This document shows positions 49,853-61,128 of a stretch of 64,000 nucleotides of DNA, in pieces. The stretch comes from Acidobacteriota bacterium (GTDB lineage: Bacteria > Acidobacteriota > Terriglobia > Acidiferrales > 2-02-FULL-67-57): assembly GCA_037442885.1 (NCBI GenBank), contig JBBIPK010000007.1:4093-68092 (forward strand), given 5' to 3'. Below the pieces are notes generated by a model that was not told the DNA's origin, searched no databases, and saw only the letters and a program-made list of their open reading frames with translations. Position numbers and translations under genes: made by a program. Within the stretch, counting starts at the first letter, position 1, and each line of letters begins with the position of its first letter.

Positions 49853-51022
49853 ATGGCTTCGCCACACGTCCAATTTGCCACCATCGAAGAGGGGATCGAG
49901 GAGATTCGCGCCGGGCGAATGGTCATCATCGTGGACGATGAGGACCGCGAGAATGAAGGCGACCTGATGGTCGCGGCCGAAAAGGTCACGCCGGAAGCCA
50001 TCAACTTCATGGCCAAGTATGGGCGCGGCTTGATCTGTCTGACCTTGACCGCCGAGCGCTGCGACCACCTGCGCCTGCGCTCGATGACGGACGAGAACAC
50101 CTCCCCCTATGGCACGGCCTTCTGCGAATCCATTGACGCCCGCCACGGCATCTCCACCGGCATCTCCGCCGCAGACCGCGCGGCAACCATCCGCACGGCC
50201 ATTGACCCGGCTGCACGGCCCTCCGACCTGGTGCGTCCCGGGCACGTCTTCCCCCTGCGCGCCCGCAAAGGGGGTGTGCTGGTGCGCGCCGGCCAGACAG
50301 AAGCTTCGGTTGACCTGGCGCGGCTGGCCGGTCTGACGGCGGCGGGAGTCATCTGCGAAGTCATGAACGACGATGGCACGATGGCCCGCGTGCCTGAGCT
50401 CGCCCAGTTCAGCCGCCAGCACGGGCTGCGCATGATCACGGTGGCAGACCTGATCCGCTACCGCCTGCGCACCGAGCGCTACATCCGGCGGATTGCCGAG
50501 GGGCTGCTGCCGACTCGCTTCGGCGAGTTCCGGCTGCTGGCCTTTGAGTCCGAGATTGACGGCGAGCAGCACGTGGCGCTGGTGAAGGGCACCATCACCG
50601 GAGAAGAGCCGGTGCTGGTGCGGGTGCATTCCCATTGCCTCACCGGGGACATCTTCGGCTCGGCGTCCTGCGACTGCCAGCAGTTGATTGAGCGGAGCCT
50701 GGAGATCATCAGCCGAGCAGGGCGCGGCGTCTTCGTCTATCTGCACCAAACCGGGCGCGGCTTCAGCTTGGAGCGTGAGCAGGAGCGCACCACCATCGTC
50801 TACCACACGCACCGGCACGCGAACCCCACCGACCCGGCTCACCAGCGCCAGATTCAACGGGAATCCGGCATCGGGGCGCAGATTCTCTCCGACCTCAACG
50901 TGCGCGAGATCCGGCTGCTGACCAATCATCCCCGCAAGGTCGTCGCGCTCGAAGCCTTCGGCATCCGCATCGTCGAGCAAGTACCGATTCCTCTCAACAC
51001 GCGTGTGGCAGAAACGGAATGA
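49853..51022 (+). CDS. ribB: DHBP synthase RibB fused to a degenerate GTP cyclohydrolase II domain (RibBX-like)
   Basis: [26 protein letters not shown]; GCHII half keeps C-X10-C-X-C but lacks EGRGIGL..K..AY and the C-terminal tail. Confidence 0.9.
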   Translation: MASPHVQFATIEEGIEEIRAGRMVIIVDDEDRENEGDLMVAAEKVTPEAINFMAKYGRGLICLTLTAERCDHLRLRSMTDENTSPYGTAFCESIDARHGISTGISAADRAATIRTAIDPAARPSDLVRPGHVFPLRARKGGVLVRAGQTEASVDLARLAGLTAAGVICEVMNDDGTMARVPELAQFSRQHGLRMITVADLIRYRLRTERYIRRIAEGLLPTRFGEFRLLAFESEIDGEQHVALVKGTITGEEPVLVRVHSHCLTGDIFGSASCDCQQLIERSLEIISRAGRGVFVYLHQTGRGFSLEREQERTTIVYHTHRHANPTDPAHQRQIQRESGIGAQILSDLNVREIRLLTNHPRKVVALEAFGIRIVEQVPIPLNTRVAETE

Positions 51023-51099
51023 GCCGGCTGGCCGAGCTTTCCCTGGATATCTTGCTGCTCGCGGCTGTGATTTGGTTGGCGTCCCGCTTTGTGGTGATT

Positions 51100-51486
51100 C
51101 TAATCGTCGTCGGAACGTTCTTGCTGATCACCGTGGCGCTGATGCTGCTCGAACGAGCCATGGCGGACTAGCCCCGCATTCCCCGTTCTCGCCTCCGTCC
51201 CTACCGTAATCAAGGGCCGAATCTTCTCAAACTTCTTCCGGTTGACCCCCCGGATGATGAGCAACTCTTCCACTCTCCGGAAGGGGCCGTTTTTCTCGCG
51301 GTGCTGGACGATGCGTTCGGCGATGCGCGGGCCGATACCCGGCAAGCGCGCCAGCTCCTCCACCGTCGCCGTGTTGATGTTGACGGGAGCGGGTTTGGAC
51401 TCTTCCGCCTGCAGCCCCAGCGAGACCCACACCCATGCCGCAAGACAAGAGAAGGCAATCGTGCGAAATTCTTTTCCCTTGCTCAT
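51100..51486 (-). CDS. ComEA-like helix-hairpin-helix DNA-binding protein with signal peptide
   Basis: VNINTAT.EEL..LPGIG...A.RIV..R...GPF. Confidence 0.9.
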   Translation of the reverse strand: MSKGKEFRTIAFSCLAAWVWVSLGLQAEESKPAPVNINTATVEELARLPGIGPRIAERIVQHREKNGPFRRVEELLIIRGVNRKKFEKIRPLITVGTEARTGNAGLVRHGSFEQHQRHGDQQERSDDD

Positions 51487-52352
51487 CGCTTCCGGCTCCG
51501 CTCCCGCTGGCTGCGCCGAGGTGCTTTCCTCCCGTAGAGAGCCAGGCCAGCAGTGCCCAGGGCCGCGTACACGCCGGCAAAGTAGGGCGGCAGGCGTTTC
51601 AATTCCCTCAGATGGCTCCGCACCGTCTCCAGGTCACCCCGCGCGAGCGGGCCCGTCCAGGCTCTCGCCCCGAGGCGCTCGTATTGTTGCAGCGTGGCAC
51701 GCGTCAGCGGCAGGAGTGCCTGGCGGGCACTACTCTCCCGAACTCCGAGGTGAGTGAGGATGCGAGTGCAAAGATCCGCCAAGGTGAGTGCGTGCCCCGA
51801 GGCAAGTGCGGCCGCAGCGTGATACAGAACCTTGCGGCTTGACGCAACGGGCACGGCGATACCGTGCAACGCTCTCGCCCACCCGCGCCCGCGCCGCACC
51901 GCTCGCGCGTCACCTTCCAGGCCGAAGAAAACACCGGAGGGAAATTCAGGCAAGGGTTCGGGAAACGGGAACAAAGGATGAAAGGAGCCACACGCGGCCC
52001 CACGACGACGCAGGGCAGTCAGCTCGCGAGAACTGCGCGAGCCGCTGGTGTGGAGCACGACCTTGCCGCGCCACCGCCCGCCGCCCAGCGCGGCGAGCCG
52101 CGTGGCGACGATGCGGATGTGCGAGTCCGGAACAGCCAGCAGCACCGTTTCCGCCTCCATCGGCGCGTCACTCAGATGCCCGTGCGGGCGGCCCTCACCG
52201 ATAAACGCGACCGCGCGGCGCGCCTGACGCAGGGAACGGCCGACCACTGCCGTGATCCGATAGCCGCGCTGCCGCAGGGCACGCGCCAACGTCTGCCCCA
52301 CACGCCCGGGGCCGATAAGCGCAATGGTCCTCCGCACGATGCGTGGTAGCAT
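51483..52352 (-). CDS. Rossmann-like / DUF2520 oxidoreductase (PanG-like)
   Basis: IGPGRVG, LAVPD, LHTSGS, FHPL, YHAAA, TGPLARGD. Confidence 0.88.
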   Translation of the reverse strand: MLPRIVRRTIALIGPGRVGQTLARALRQRGYRITAVVGRSLRQARRAVAFIGEGRPHGHLSDAPMEAETVLLAVPDSHIRIVATRLAALGGGRWRGKVVLHTSGSRSSRELTALRRRGAACGSFHPLFPFPEPLPEFPSGVFFGLEGDARAVRRGRGWARALHGIAVPVASSRKVLYHAAAALASGHALTLADLCTRILTHLGVRESSARQALLPLTRATLQQYERLGARAWTGPLARGDLETVRSHLRELKRLPPYFAGVYAALGTAGLALYGRKAPRRSQRERSRKR

Positions 52353-52390
52353 AGCGCACCCTTTGGCGGACGGAGCAGGGAAACGCAAGC

Positions 52391-53545
52391 GTGTACACGG
52401 GTGAAACACTCCTGCTGGGGCTGGTGGCGGTTGCCTGGGTGATCACGGCAACCCGACTCCTCGGCGGACTGCGTCACATCCCGCATCTCTCCCAGGTCAA
52501 CCCTTTGCCAGATGCGCAGTCCCCCACGGTCTCCATTCTGGTGACCGCGCGCGACGAGGCCGCCAAACTTCCGCACGCCCTTCCGACGTGGGTGAGCCAA
52601 CAGTACCCGCGCTACGAGGTCATCGTCGCCAATGACCGCTCGCGCGATGCGACCCCGCAAATTCTTGAGGAATTCGCGCAACAGCACCCCCACCTCAAAG
52701 CCCTCCACTTGGACGAGTTGCCTGTCGGGTGGCTCGGGAAGCCGTATGGTTTGACGAGAGCCTATGAAAAGGCGACGGGCGAGTGGCTGGTGTTCACGGA
52801 TGCGGACGTGCGGTTTGGGCCCGACCTGCTCCGCTATGCCGTGGCGCTCGCACAATCGCAGGGCTGGGATCATCTGACCCTGCTCGCCCCCGTCGAACTC
52901 AAGGGTTTCTGGGAAAAAGTGGCGGGGACGTACTGGGCCTTGAGCTTCATCCTCTGGCTCGAGCCCTGGCGGGTGCGCGACCCGCGCTCGAAACGCTACA
53001 TCGGGACGGGAATGTTCCAACTGCTCAGACGATCGGTCTACGAGGCCATCGGAACCCACCGCCGCCTCGCATTGGAAGTCGTCGACGACATCAAACTGGG
53101 AAAACTGGTGAAGCAGGCGGGCTTTTCCTCCGGGGTCGCGCTCGCCGACGGCAGACTCCGCATTCGCTGGCAGGAGGGTCTCGGCAACTTTGCCCGCGGC
53201 CTCACGAAGAATGCCTTTGCGGCGACTGGGTTCAGCCTCGTACGCGTGGGCTTGCATCTTGCCGGCATGATTCTTACCAGTGTGTATCCCTTCCTCGCCG
53301 TGTGGACCACAGCAGGCCTGCCACGGACTCTGGCCATCATCGGCGTGGTGGCTGCCCTGGCGTTGCACGCAGCGGCAGCGCGGGCCGCGCTGGCCTCTCC
53401 GCTCTACGCGCTGACACATCCGCTCGGCGGACTCGTCATTGGCTATGTCTTGCTACGTTCCACCGTGGTCACACTCTGGCGCGGGGGCATCGTCTGGCGA
53501 GACACCTTCTATCCGCTCAAGGACCTCAAGCGCGGCATGGTCTGA
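52391..53545 (+). CDS. Membrane GT2 glycosyltransferase (HpnB/CrtQ/CruC-like lipid or pigment glycosyltransferase)
   Basis: ARDEA, NDRSRD, GWLGKP, FTDAD, VVDD; flanking TM helices. Confidence 0.88.
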   Translation: MYTGETLLLGLVAVAWVITATRLLGGLRHIPHLSQVNPLPDAQSPTVSILVTARDEAAKLPHALPTWVSQQYPRYEVIVANDRSRDATPQILEEFAQQHPHLKALHLDELPVGWLGKPYGLTRAYEKATGEWLVFTDADVRFGPDLLRYAVALAQSQGWDHLTLLAPVELKGFWEKVAGTYWALSFILWLEPWRVRDPRSKRYIGTGMFQLLRRSVYEAIGTHRRLALEVVDDIKLGKLVKQAGFSSGVALADGRLRIRWQEGLGNFARGLTKNAFAATGFSLVRVGLHLAGMILTSVYPFLAVWTTAGLPRTLAIIGVVAALALHAAAARAALASPLYALTHPLGGLVIGYVLLRSTVVTLWRGGIVWRDTFYPLKDLKRGMV

Positions 53546-53593
53546 GTGGGGAGCCTTGACCCCTGTTTGCAGAAGGGTAGAATCCGGCGAACG

Positions 53594-54778
53594 ATGAATC
53601 GGCGCGAACTCCTGCAGGCAATGCTGACGACGCTGGCAGCCGCTGTCAGCTTGCCCGCCCAGCAACAGAGAGCCTCCCCACGCCGTCACGTGCCGGAACC
53701 TCGGGATATTCCAGTCAACCTCTTCGAGTACGAGCCGCTCGCGCGCCAGCAACTGACGCGGATGGCCTATGACTACATTGCGGGGGGTGCGGCTGACGAA
53801 ATCACCTTGCGGCGCAACCGGGAAGCATTCGATGAAATCAGGCTGAAGCCACGCGTGCTGGTGGACGTCAGCCAGCTGGACACGCGGCTGGAGCTGTTCG
53901 GGCAGCAGATGGACTTTCCGATCCTGCTGGCACCCACCGCCTACCACAAACTTGTGCACGCGGAAGGAGAGACGGCGACAGCGCGGGGCGCAAGCGCCGC
54001 CGCTGCCACACTGGTGGTCAGTTCATTCTCCACCACAGCGGTGGAAGACATTGCCCGTGCAGCTGGCAAGCCGCTCTGGTTTCAGCTCTATGTGCAGTCG
54101 GACCGGGCGTTCACGCGCGAACTCGTGCAGCGGGCGGAAGCAGCAGGCTGTCGGGCGCTCTGCATCACGGTGGACACGCCGGTAGCGGGGACGCGCGACC
54201 GCGAGCGGCGCGTGCGGTTCAATCTCCCGCCTGAGATGGAACTGGAAAATCTGCGCGAGCTCACGGCGAAACTCCCGCGCAGCACGCATCTGAGCGAACG
54301 AGACATTTACAGCGTTGTATTGGATCCGACCTTGACCTGGAAGACGGTAGGCTGGATTCGCTCGTTCGCGCGCGTGCCGGTGATTCTGAAAGGCATACTC
54401 ACCCCGGAGGATGCGCGGCGCGCCGCGGAGGAAGGCTTTGCCGGCATCCTGGTCTCCAATCACGGCGCGCGGAACCTGGACACGGCGCCGGCGACCATTG
54501 AAGCGTTGCCGCGCGTTATCGAGGCGGTGGAAGGACGGATTCCGGTGTTGCTGGACGGCGGGGTGCGGCGCGGCACCGATGTGGTCAAGGCGCTGGCGCT
54601 AGGCGCGAAAGCGGTGCTGATCGGAAGGCCTTATCTCTGGGGACTGGCGGCGAACGGTTCGGAGGGCGTCCAGCGCGTGGTCGAGTTGCTGCGAACTGAG
54701 TTGGAAGCCGCTATGGCGCTCTGCGGCACCCCCACGCTAGCTGCCATCACCCCCGCCGTGCTCTGGCCGGGGCGCTAG
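53594..54778 (+). CDS. FMN-dependent alpha-hydroxy-acid oxidase with Tat signal
   Basis: MNRRELL leader; YDYIAGGA, FQLY, TVDTP, LKGI, SNHGAR, DGGVRRG. Confidence 0.92.
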   Translation: MNRRELLQAMLTTLAAAVSLPAQQQRASPRRHVPEPRDIPVNLFEYEPLARQQLTRMAYDYIAGGAADEITLRRNREAFDEIRLKPRVLVDVSQLDTRLELFGQQMDFPILLAPTAYHKLVHAEGETATARGASAAAATLVVSSFSTTAVEDIARAAGKPLWFQLYVQSDRAFTRELVQRAEAAGCRALCITVDTPVAGTRDRERRVRFNLPPEMELENLRELTAKLPRSTHLSERDIYSVVLDPTLTWKTVGWIRSFARVPVILKGILTPEDARRAAEEGFAGILVSNHGARNLDTAPATIEALPRVIEAVEGRIPVLLDGGVRRGTDVVKALALGAKAVLIGRPYLWGLAANGSEGVQRVVELLRTELEAAMALCGTPTLAAITPAVLWPGR

Positions 54779-54795
54779 TTCTTAGTTGACAGCTC

Positions 54796-56895
54796 TCAGT
54801 CCCTTCGGCCGGTTCGCCGCCGGCGGAAACTCCCTTTGCGAGACGATGTCGGAGGGGCTGTTTCCAACTCCCTAAGGGTTTCCCGGAGAGAAGCCAGGAA
54901 GGCGGGCTCAAACAGGATGCCCACGTCTTTCTGTTTCAGGGCGCGGATACGATCGCGCAATCGGGCCGCCTGCTCGAATTCAAAGCGCCTGGCTGCCTCG
55001 CGCATCTGCTCCTCGAGCTTCACAATCAGCTCGCGGAGCTGCTCCTCGCTCTTGATTTCCTCAAAGTCGGTCTCACTCAGAGGGACGGTGGCGTAGTCCG
55101 CCTCGACGATCTGCGCCAGCGCCATATCCACCGACTTGACGATGGATTCCGGCGTGATGCCGTGCTCGCGGTTGTAGCCGAGCTGGATGGCGCGGCGACG
55201 ATTGGTTTCCTCCAGGGCCTCGCGCATCGAATCGGTGACAACATCCGCATACAGAATGGCGGTGCCGTGCAGATGGCGCGCAGCGCGACCGATGGTCTGG
55301 ATAAGAGAAGTCTTCGAGCGCAGAAAGCCCTCTTTGTCGGCATCGAGGATGACAACGAGAGAGACTTCCGGCAGGTCGAGCCCTTCGCGGAGGAGGTTGA
55401 TGCCGATGAGAACGTCGAAGGCGCCGCGCCGCAGGTCGCGGAGGATACGAACCCGCTCGAGCGTGTCAATCTCCGAGTGCAGGTAACGGCAGCGGACGCC
55501 GAGTTCGGTGTAGTACTGCGTCAGGTCTTCCGCCATGCGCTTCGTCAGGGTGGTGACCAGAACGCGTTCCCCGCCGGCGACGCGTTTGCGAATTTCGCCC
55601 AATAAATCATCCACCTGCCCGCGCACGGGGCGCACTTCCACCTGCGGGTCGACCAAGCCGGTGGGGCGAACGATTTGCTCGACCACGACGCCGGAAGCTC
55701 GCGTCAACTCATAGGGACCTGGCGTGGCCGAAACGTAGATGACCTGATGAACGCGCTGCCAGAACTCGTCGAAGCGCAGCGGACGGTTGTCCAGTGCACT
55801 GGGGAGGCGGAAGCCGAAGTCCACCAGGGTCTGCTTGCGCGAGCGGTCGCCTTCGTACATGCCGCGAACTTGCGGGACGGTCTGGTGGGACTCGTCAATG
55901 AAAAGCAGATAGTCGGAGGGGAAATAGTCGAGCAAGGTGGGCGGGGGCTCGCCGGGCCGGCGACCCGAGAGATGGCGGGAGTAGTTCTCGATGCCGTGGC
56001 AGTAGCCGACAGTGCGCATCATTTCGACGTCAAACATCGTCCGCTGCCAGACGCGCTGGGCTTCGACGGCCTTTCCCTGCTTCTCGAGTTCGGCTTTCCA
56101 GCCTTGGAGCTCAGCAAGGATGCTCTCGAAGGCATCCTCGCGGGTCTGTTCGGGGATGACGTAGTGCGTGCGCGGATAGATGGGAACGCGGGGATGCGTC
56201 TCGCGCACTTCGCCCGTGAGGGGATCGATTTCCGCGATTTCGTCCACTTCGTCGCCCCAGAGCTGGATGCGAAAAGCCGCGTCCGCATCGGTGGGGTAGA
56301 TTTCGACGACGTCACCGCGGACGCGGAAGCTGCCGCGGCGCAGGTCTTCGCTGCGCTCGTACTGAATCTCGACGAGCTTGTTCAACATGCGCTCGCGGGG
56401 CAGGCGCTGGCCTTTTTCCAGCAAGAGGAGCATCCCATGGTAGGCCTCGGGCGACCCGAGGCCGTAAATGCAGGAGACGCTGGCGACGATGAGGGTGTCG
56501 CGGCGCTCGAACAGGGCGCGGGTGGCGCCCATGCGGAGCTTGTCGAGTTCGTCGTTGATGGTGGCTTCCTTCTCGATGTAGGTGTCGGTGGCGGGCAGAT
56601 AGGCTTCCGGCTGGTAGTAGTCGTAGTAGCTGACAAAGTAGTGGACGGCGTTGCGCGGGAAGAAGGCGCGGAACTCATGGAAGAGCTGGGCGGCCAGGGT
56701 CTTGTTGTGAGCGAGCACGAGCGTGGGGCGGTTCACCTGCTCGATGACCCGGGCCATGGTGTAGGTCTTCCCCGAGCCCGTCACCCCGAGCAGCACTTGG
56801 TGCGCTTCGCCCTCGCGCACTCCCCTGACGAGGGCTTCAATGGCCTGCGCCTGGTCGCCCCGGGGCGTGTAGTCGCTGACGAGCTTGAAGTTCAT
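54796..56895 (-). CDS. uvrB: Excinuclease ABC subunit UvrB
   Basis: [34 protein letters not shown] domain FEQAARLRD. Confidence 0.98.
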   Translation of the reverse strand: MNFKLVSDYTPRGDQAQAIEALVRGVREGEAHQVLLGVTGSGKTYTMARVIEQVNRPTLVLAHNKTLAAQLFHEFRAFFPRNAVHYFVSYYDYYQPEAYLPATDTYIEKEATINDELDKLRMGATRALFERRDTLIVASVSCIYGLGSPEAYHGMLLLLEKGQRLPRERMLNKLVEIQYERSEDLRRGSFRVRGDVVEIYPTDADAAFRIQLWGDEVDEIAEIDPLTGEVRETHPRVPIYPRTHYVIPEQTREDAFESILAELQGWKAELEKQGKAVEAQRVWQRTMFDVEMMRTVGYCHGIENYSRHLSGRRPGEPPPTLLDYFPSDYLLFIDESHQTVPQVRGMYEGDRSRKQTLVDFGFRLPSALDNRPLRFDEFWQRVHQVIYVSATPGPYELTRASGVVVEQIVRPTGLVDPQVEVRPVRGQVDDLLGEIRKRVAGGERVLVTTLTKRMAEDLTQYYTELGVRCRYLHSEIDTLERVRILRDLRRGAFDVLIGINLLREGLDLPEVSLVVILDADKEGFLRSKTSLIQTIGRAARHLHGTAILYADVVTDSMREALEETNRRRAIQLGYNREHGITPESIVKSVDMALAQIVEADYATVPLSETDFEEIKSEEQLRELIVKLEEQMREAARRFEFEQAARLRDRIRALKQKDVGILFEPAFLASLRETLRELETAPPTSSRKGSFRRRRTGRRD

Positions 56896-57010
56896 CCCCC
56901 CTGGCTCCTCCGGGAACTCCTGTCGAAACCCTCTATTATACGCGGCATCGCCAGCCATTTCGGACGCATGCCATAATAGGCGTTCGCTCATCCTTCAGAG
57001 GAAACAACCC

Positions 57011-58651
57011 GTGCAGCGCTTTGCCCAAGTGGGAGAGGCAGTAGCGGCCACTGCGAAGAAGACGGAGAAGGTGCGTCTGGTGGCGGACTATTTGAAGTCA
57101 CTGCCTCTGACCGAAGCCGCCCGCGCTGCCCTCTACCTTACGGGACGACCCTTTCCACGGGCGGAAGAACGCACACTGGATGTCGGAGGGACGTTGCTGT
57201 GGGAAGTGGTTGTGCGGTTGAGCGGCACAGATGAGGAAACCGTAGCTCGTGCCTTTCGCAAGCACGGTGACGCTGGCGCCGCCGCCGCCGAGCTACTTGC
57301 CCCGCGTGTGCCGGACCCTCCGCCGCTCAGCCTGGCCGACGTCGCCGATGCGTTTGAAGAGTTGAGCCGCGCACGGGGACCCTCGCAGAAGTTGCCGCGC
57401 CTGGAAGCTCTATTTCGCCGGGCTCAAGCACGGGAGGCCAAGTACCTGATCAAGATCATTACGGGCGACCTTCGCATCGGTCTCCGGGAGAGTTTGGTGG
57501 AGGAGGCAATTGCAGCCGCGCAGCAGGCACCGCTCGAAGCCGTGCGGCGAGCCACGATGCTGACCGGAGACATCAGCCAGGTGGTGCGGCTGGCCGCCGA
57601 GGGGAAGCTTGAACAGGCTACGTTCCGCCCCTTCCATCCGATTGACTTCATGCTGGCCAGCCCCGTGGAGACAGCCGCCGAAGCGATGGAGTATTTCCCC
57701 GCGGGCACACTGGTCGAGGACAAGTACGACGGCATCCGCGCGCAGGCACACAAGGGAGGTGGGCAGGTGCGGCTCTTCTCCCGCACTCTCGACGACATCA
57801 CGGCCCAGTTCCCGGAACTGGTCCCGGCCCTCGAGGGGCTGCCGGGGAGTTTCGTACTCGACGGCGAAATGCTCGCCTGGAAAGAAGGCCGTCCCCTGCC
57901 CTTCCATGAGTTGCAGAAGCGGCTGGGGCGCAAAGAGCCGGATGCGGCGCTGCTGGCGGAAGTGCCCGCAGCACTGATTGCTTTTGATCTGCTGTTTCGC
58001 GATGGCCGTCTGCTCCTCGACACGCCGCTCGTAGAGAGACGGGAAGAACTGGCGAGGGTCTTGAATGCATCATCCAGCGAGCGCGTTCAGCTCGCGGTGG
58101 CACAGGCGTGTCGCTCGGCGGGCGAATTGGAGCAAGCCTTCGAAGCCGCGCTGGCACACGGCAACGAAGGCGTGGTGGCGAAGGCACCGGATTCTCTCTA
58201 TGCACCCGGGCGGCGCGGCAAGCAGTGGCTGAAGCTGAAGCGGCCGCTGGCCACGCTGGACGTGGTGGTCACGGCGGTGGAATACGGCCACGGAAAGCGG
58301 CGCGGCCTGCTCTCTGACTACACCTTCGCCGTGCGCGATGGCGAGCGCCTGCTGAACATCGGCAAGGCGTACTCCGGCTTGACCGATGCGGAAATCCTCG
58401 AGATGACTGATTATTTCAAGCAGCACGTGCTCGAAGACCACGGCTTTCGCCTGATCGTCGAGCCGACGGTGGTGATCGAGGTGGCCTTCAACAACATCCA
58501 GCGCTCGCGGCGACACGCCAGCGGCTTTGCCCTCCGCTTTCCGCGCATTGTGCGGCTGCGGAGAGACAAGTCCGTGGAGCACCTCGACACGCTGGCGCAG
58601 GTCGAAGAACTCTTCGCCCGGCAGGGCGCCCGCAAGGAGAGAGAGCACTAA
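57011..58651 (+). CDS. ATP-dependent DNA ligase
   Basis: KYDG adenylation motif, LDGE, FDLL, EGVVAK, WLKLK, LRFPR. Confidence 0.95.
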   Translation: MQRFAQVGEAVAATAKKTEKVRLVADYLKSLPLTEAARAALYLTGRPFPRAEERTLDVGGTLLWEVVVRLSGTDEETVARAFRKHGDAGAAAAELLAPRVPDPPPLSLADVADAFEELSRARGPSQKLPRLEALFRRAQAREAKYLIKIITGDLRIGLRESLVEEAIAAAQQAPLEAVRRATMLTGDISQVVRLAAEGKLEQATFRPFHPIDFMLASPVETAAEAMEYFPAGTLVEDKYDGIRAQAHKGGGQVRLFSRTLDDITAQFPELVPALEGLPGSFVLDGEMLAWKEGRPLPFHELQKRLGRKEPDAALLAEVPAALIAFDLLFRDGRLLLDTPLVERREELARVLNASSSERVQLAVAQACRSAGELEQAFEAALAHGNEGVVAKAPDSLYAPGRRGKQWLKLKRPLATLDVVVTAVEYGHGKRRGLLSDYTFAVRDGERLLNIGKAYSGLTDAEILEMTDYFKQHVLEDHGFRLIVEPTVVIEVAFNNIQRSRRHASGFALRFPRIVRLRRDKSVEHLDTLAQVEELFARQGARKEREH

Positions 58652-61122
58652 CGCGGAGAGGCCGGAGCCAGTCGCACACCCGGCTCGCGCCAGCGGCCAC
58701 GGATTTCATAGAGGGAAGCAAAGAGCGCCCGCTGCGCCGGGGTGGGCTGGAGGCCGGCAACCAGCAACGGTTGGCCGCGCAACCTGAGATTCAGACGTCC
58801 CTCGAAGTCCACCTCCCCACTCAACTCCAGCCCAAAGGTATCAACGACCATGCGCGCATCCTCACAGCGGGCACGTTGGTTGGCCAGGCGGAACTCGCCT
58901 GCCAGGCTGTGAATGAGCGTCTCGGGCACGTCGTCGGATTCCTCCGGTGGGAGGCGCGCGGCGGCGCGCAGGGCGGCAAGCAGGTTAATGCGAGTGAGCG
59001 TGGTTTCGGTGACGACACCTGCAACCATCCCGGTCAAGTTGCGCCTGAAATCCGTGAGCCCGTAGCCCGCGCTTTCCAAGTTTACATTGACTGCCAAACT
59101 GCCCCCGCGGACGGAATCAGAAGCGAGCAGCCGCTCGACTTCCACCTGCCGGAGATTGCCCGCCAAGTGGTAGCGGGGCGGGCTGCGGCGGAAGTCGCCG
59201 CGGAAGCGGCCGCGGAAACGGCCAGCCAGCAACCGGAACTGCAGCTGACGGAAGGCTAGCTGCCGCTCCCTCCACTCGAGGTCAGCCTGGACATCTGCCA
59301 AGTCAAAGGGACCCGCGGCCAGGGCAGGAATCTCCAAGTGGCCGCGGGCCTGTAACCTCTCCCAGCCCCGGCTGGATGGAGCTGTGGTGCCGAGCAGGGT
59401 GGTCAGAATCCCGCGCGCCCGCGCAGGATTCACCAGGGCATCCAACTCGTGCAGGCTGAAGCGATCCAGGGTGAGTTCAAACGTCCAGGGGGAATTCGGG
59501 CGGAGGTGTTCCAGATGCCCAGCCAGATTCGCTTCGCCCACGCGGGCGGCCAGCGATGGAATCCGGACAGCCAGGCCGTCGTATGCCACCCGGGCGGAAT
59601 CAATCTGAACAGGTCGGTTAAGGAGCGTGGGACGAAAGCTGACATCGCGGAGTTCGAGGGTTCCCTGGCGACGTCGGTCTTGCCAGGCGCGAAGGTCGCC
59701 GTGCCATTCCAGGTCGAACTGGGCCCCACCGCGCCATTCACTTTCTCCCCACAGATTCCATCCCAGGGCGCGGGCAGCAGCGGTAAGTTGCTGCAACGAA
59801 AGCGCGGAGGTGCGGACTTCGATGCGGGCATTCCAACGCGCGTTCCGTGGCGTTAGACGCGCCCGTGCTTCCAGCGACTCGCCGCCCGGAAACAACAGAC
59901 GAAACAGCGAAGAGGCAAGCCGACCGTGCTCCCAGCGAACCTCGCCCGGCTCCAAACGGAGGGGTTGACGCACGCCGGGAATGTGCAGGCGAGCAGACTG
60001 GCCAAGAACAAGCCCAGCCTGCCAGCGGTCCGGGGAGCCTGTGAGCTGAGCAGCAAGTCGCGCAGTTCCTTCCAGCCGAACCTGCGGAGCCACGTCCGCC
60101 TTCACGGCGCTGTACTGCGCCAGCAGCTCGGCGAGAGACAAAGCGGGCGCGTCGGCCGCCAGCGCCCATTGGCGCGCGCCAAAAACATCCGCCACATGGC
60201 CCCGGACATCGAGTTGCGAGGCTTCGGTGGTGATGCGCAGGCGGACAACCTCGAGGGTGTGCGTGGGGCGGGAAATCCTCACCTGGAATTCTCCGCGGTA
60301 GCGAGGGATGGGCCGGGCGGGAATCAAATCCCACCTGCGAACGTCCTGAAGAGAGAAGTCACCGCTCACAGAAAGTTGCTCGAAAGTTCCTTCTAGTGTG
60401 CTGCGCAGGGTGAGGTGTGCGCGCAGGGGGCTTTCCTGGCCGGTAAGGAACGCGATCCACTGCGAGAGGCTCCCCGGCCCGATTTCCAGGGAGGCTTCAA
60501 GCGGCTGGCCCGCCGCATCCGGGTTGGGCCGGAAGACTGCGCTGAGCTTGGCGGGACCAATCTCGGTCAAGCGGCGATCCGAACGAAAGGGCTGCGCTTC
60601 CAGGCTCAGGCGCCAGCCGTCTGGCGCGGCGCGCAGGCTGAAACGCGCATCCGTGAGAGCATGAACCTTCTTTTCATATCCCTCCTTGAAGTTGATGCGC
60701 CCTCCTTCGGCCGAAAGGTCGGGCCACCCCTCCCGGAGGGGACGAGCCCAAAGAGCCAGATTCCAGGAGCCTGCGGGGCTGCGGACGAGATTCAGGCTGG
60801 GCCGAACCAGGTGAAGCTCGGCGCATTCAATGCGTCCGCGGAACAATACCGCCAGCGTGGGGCGACACTGAGCCTGCTCGGCGTGGATAAAAGGCTCGGG
60901 GCCAAACGGCTCGGCTTCCCCGATTCTGACGCCGAAGGCACGCAAGGACGGGCGCGGGAGCAGGTTGACCTCGACGCGATCCAATTCCACCGTACGGCCC
61001 CACTGCCCTTCCAGGGCGCGGGACACGCGCCCCCGGAGACGCAGCAGGCTGGAGGCCAGCGGAAGGAAAGCCAGCAGGACAATCCCCAGAAGCAGCCAGG
61101 CCAGCAAGCGCCGCTTTGTCAT
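58648..61122 (-). CDS. AsmA family protein
   Basis: N-terminal TM anchor; beta-rich body (LVRPSLNLVR...GSWN); AsmA-like C-terminal region. Confidence 0.8.
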   Translation of the reverse strand: MTKRRLLAWLLLGIVLLAFLPLASSLLRLRGRVSRALEGQWGRTVELDRVEVNLLPRPSLRAFGVRIGEAEPFGPEPFIHAEQAQCRPTLAVLFRGRIECAELHLVRPSLNLVRSPAGSWNLALWARPLREGWPDLSAEGGRINFKEGYEKKVHALTDARFSLRAAPDGWRLSLEAQPFRSDRRLTEIGPAKLSAVFRPNPDAAGQPLEASLEIGPGSLSQWIAFLTGQESPLRAHLTLRSTLEGTFEQLSVSGDFSLQDVRRWDLIPARPIPRYRGEFQVRISRPTHTLEVVRLRITTEASQLDVRGHVADVFGARQWALAADAPALSLAELLAQYSAVKADVAPQVRLEGTARLAAQLTGSPDRWQAGLVLGQSARLHIPGVRQPLRLEPGEVRWEHGRLASSLFRLLFPGGESLEARARLTPRNARWNARIEVRTSALSLQQLTAAARALGWNLWGESEWRGGAQFDLEWHGDLRAWQDRRRQGTLELRDVSFRPTLLNRPVQIDSARVAYDGLAVRIPSLAARVGEANLAGHLEHLRPNSPWTFELTLDRFSLHELDALVNPARARGILTTLLGTTAPSSRGWERLQARGHLEIPALAAGPFDLADVQADLEWRERQLAFRQLQFRLLAGRFRGRFRGDFRRSPPRYHLAGNLRQVEVERLLASDSVRGGSLAVNVNLESAGYGLTDFRRNLTGMVAGVVTETTLTRINLLAALRAAARLPPEESDDVPETLIHSLAGEFRLANQRARCEDARMVVDTFGLELSGEVDFEGRLNLRLRGQPLLVAGLQPTPAQRALFASLYEIRGRWREPGVRLAPASPR

Positions 61123-61128
61123 GGGAAG

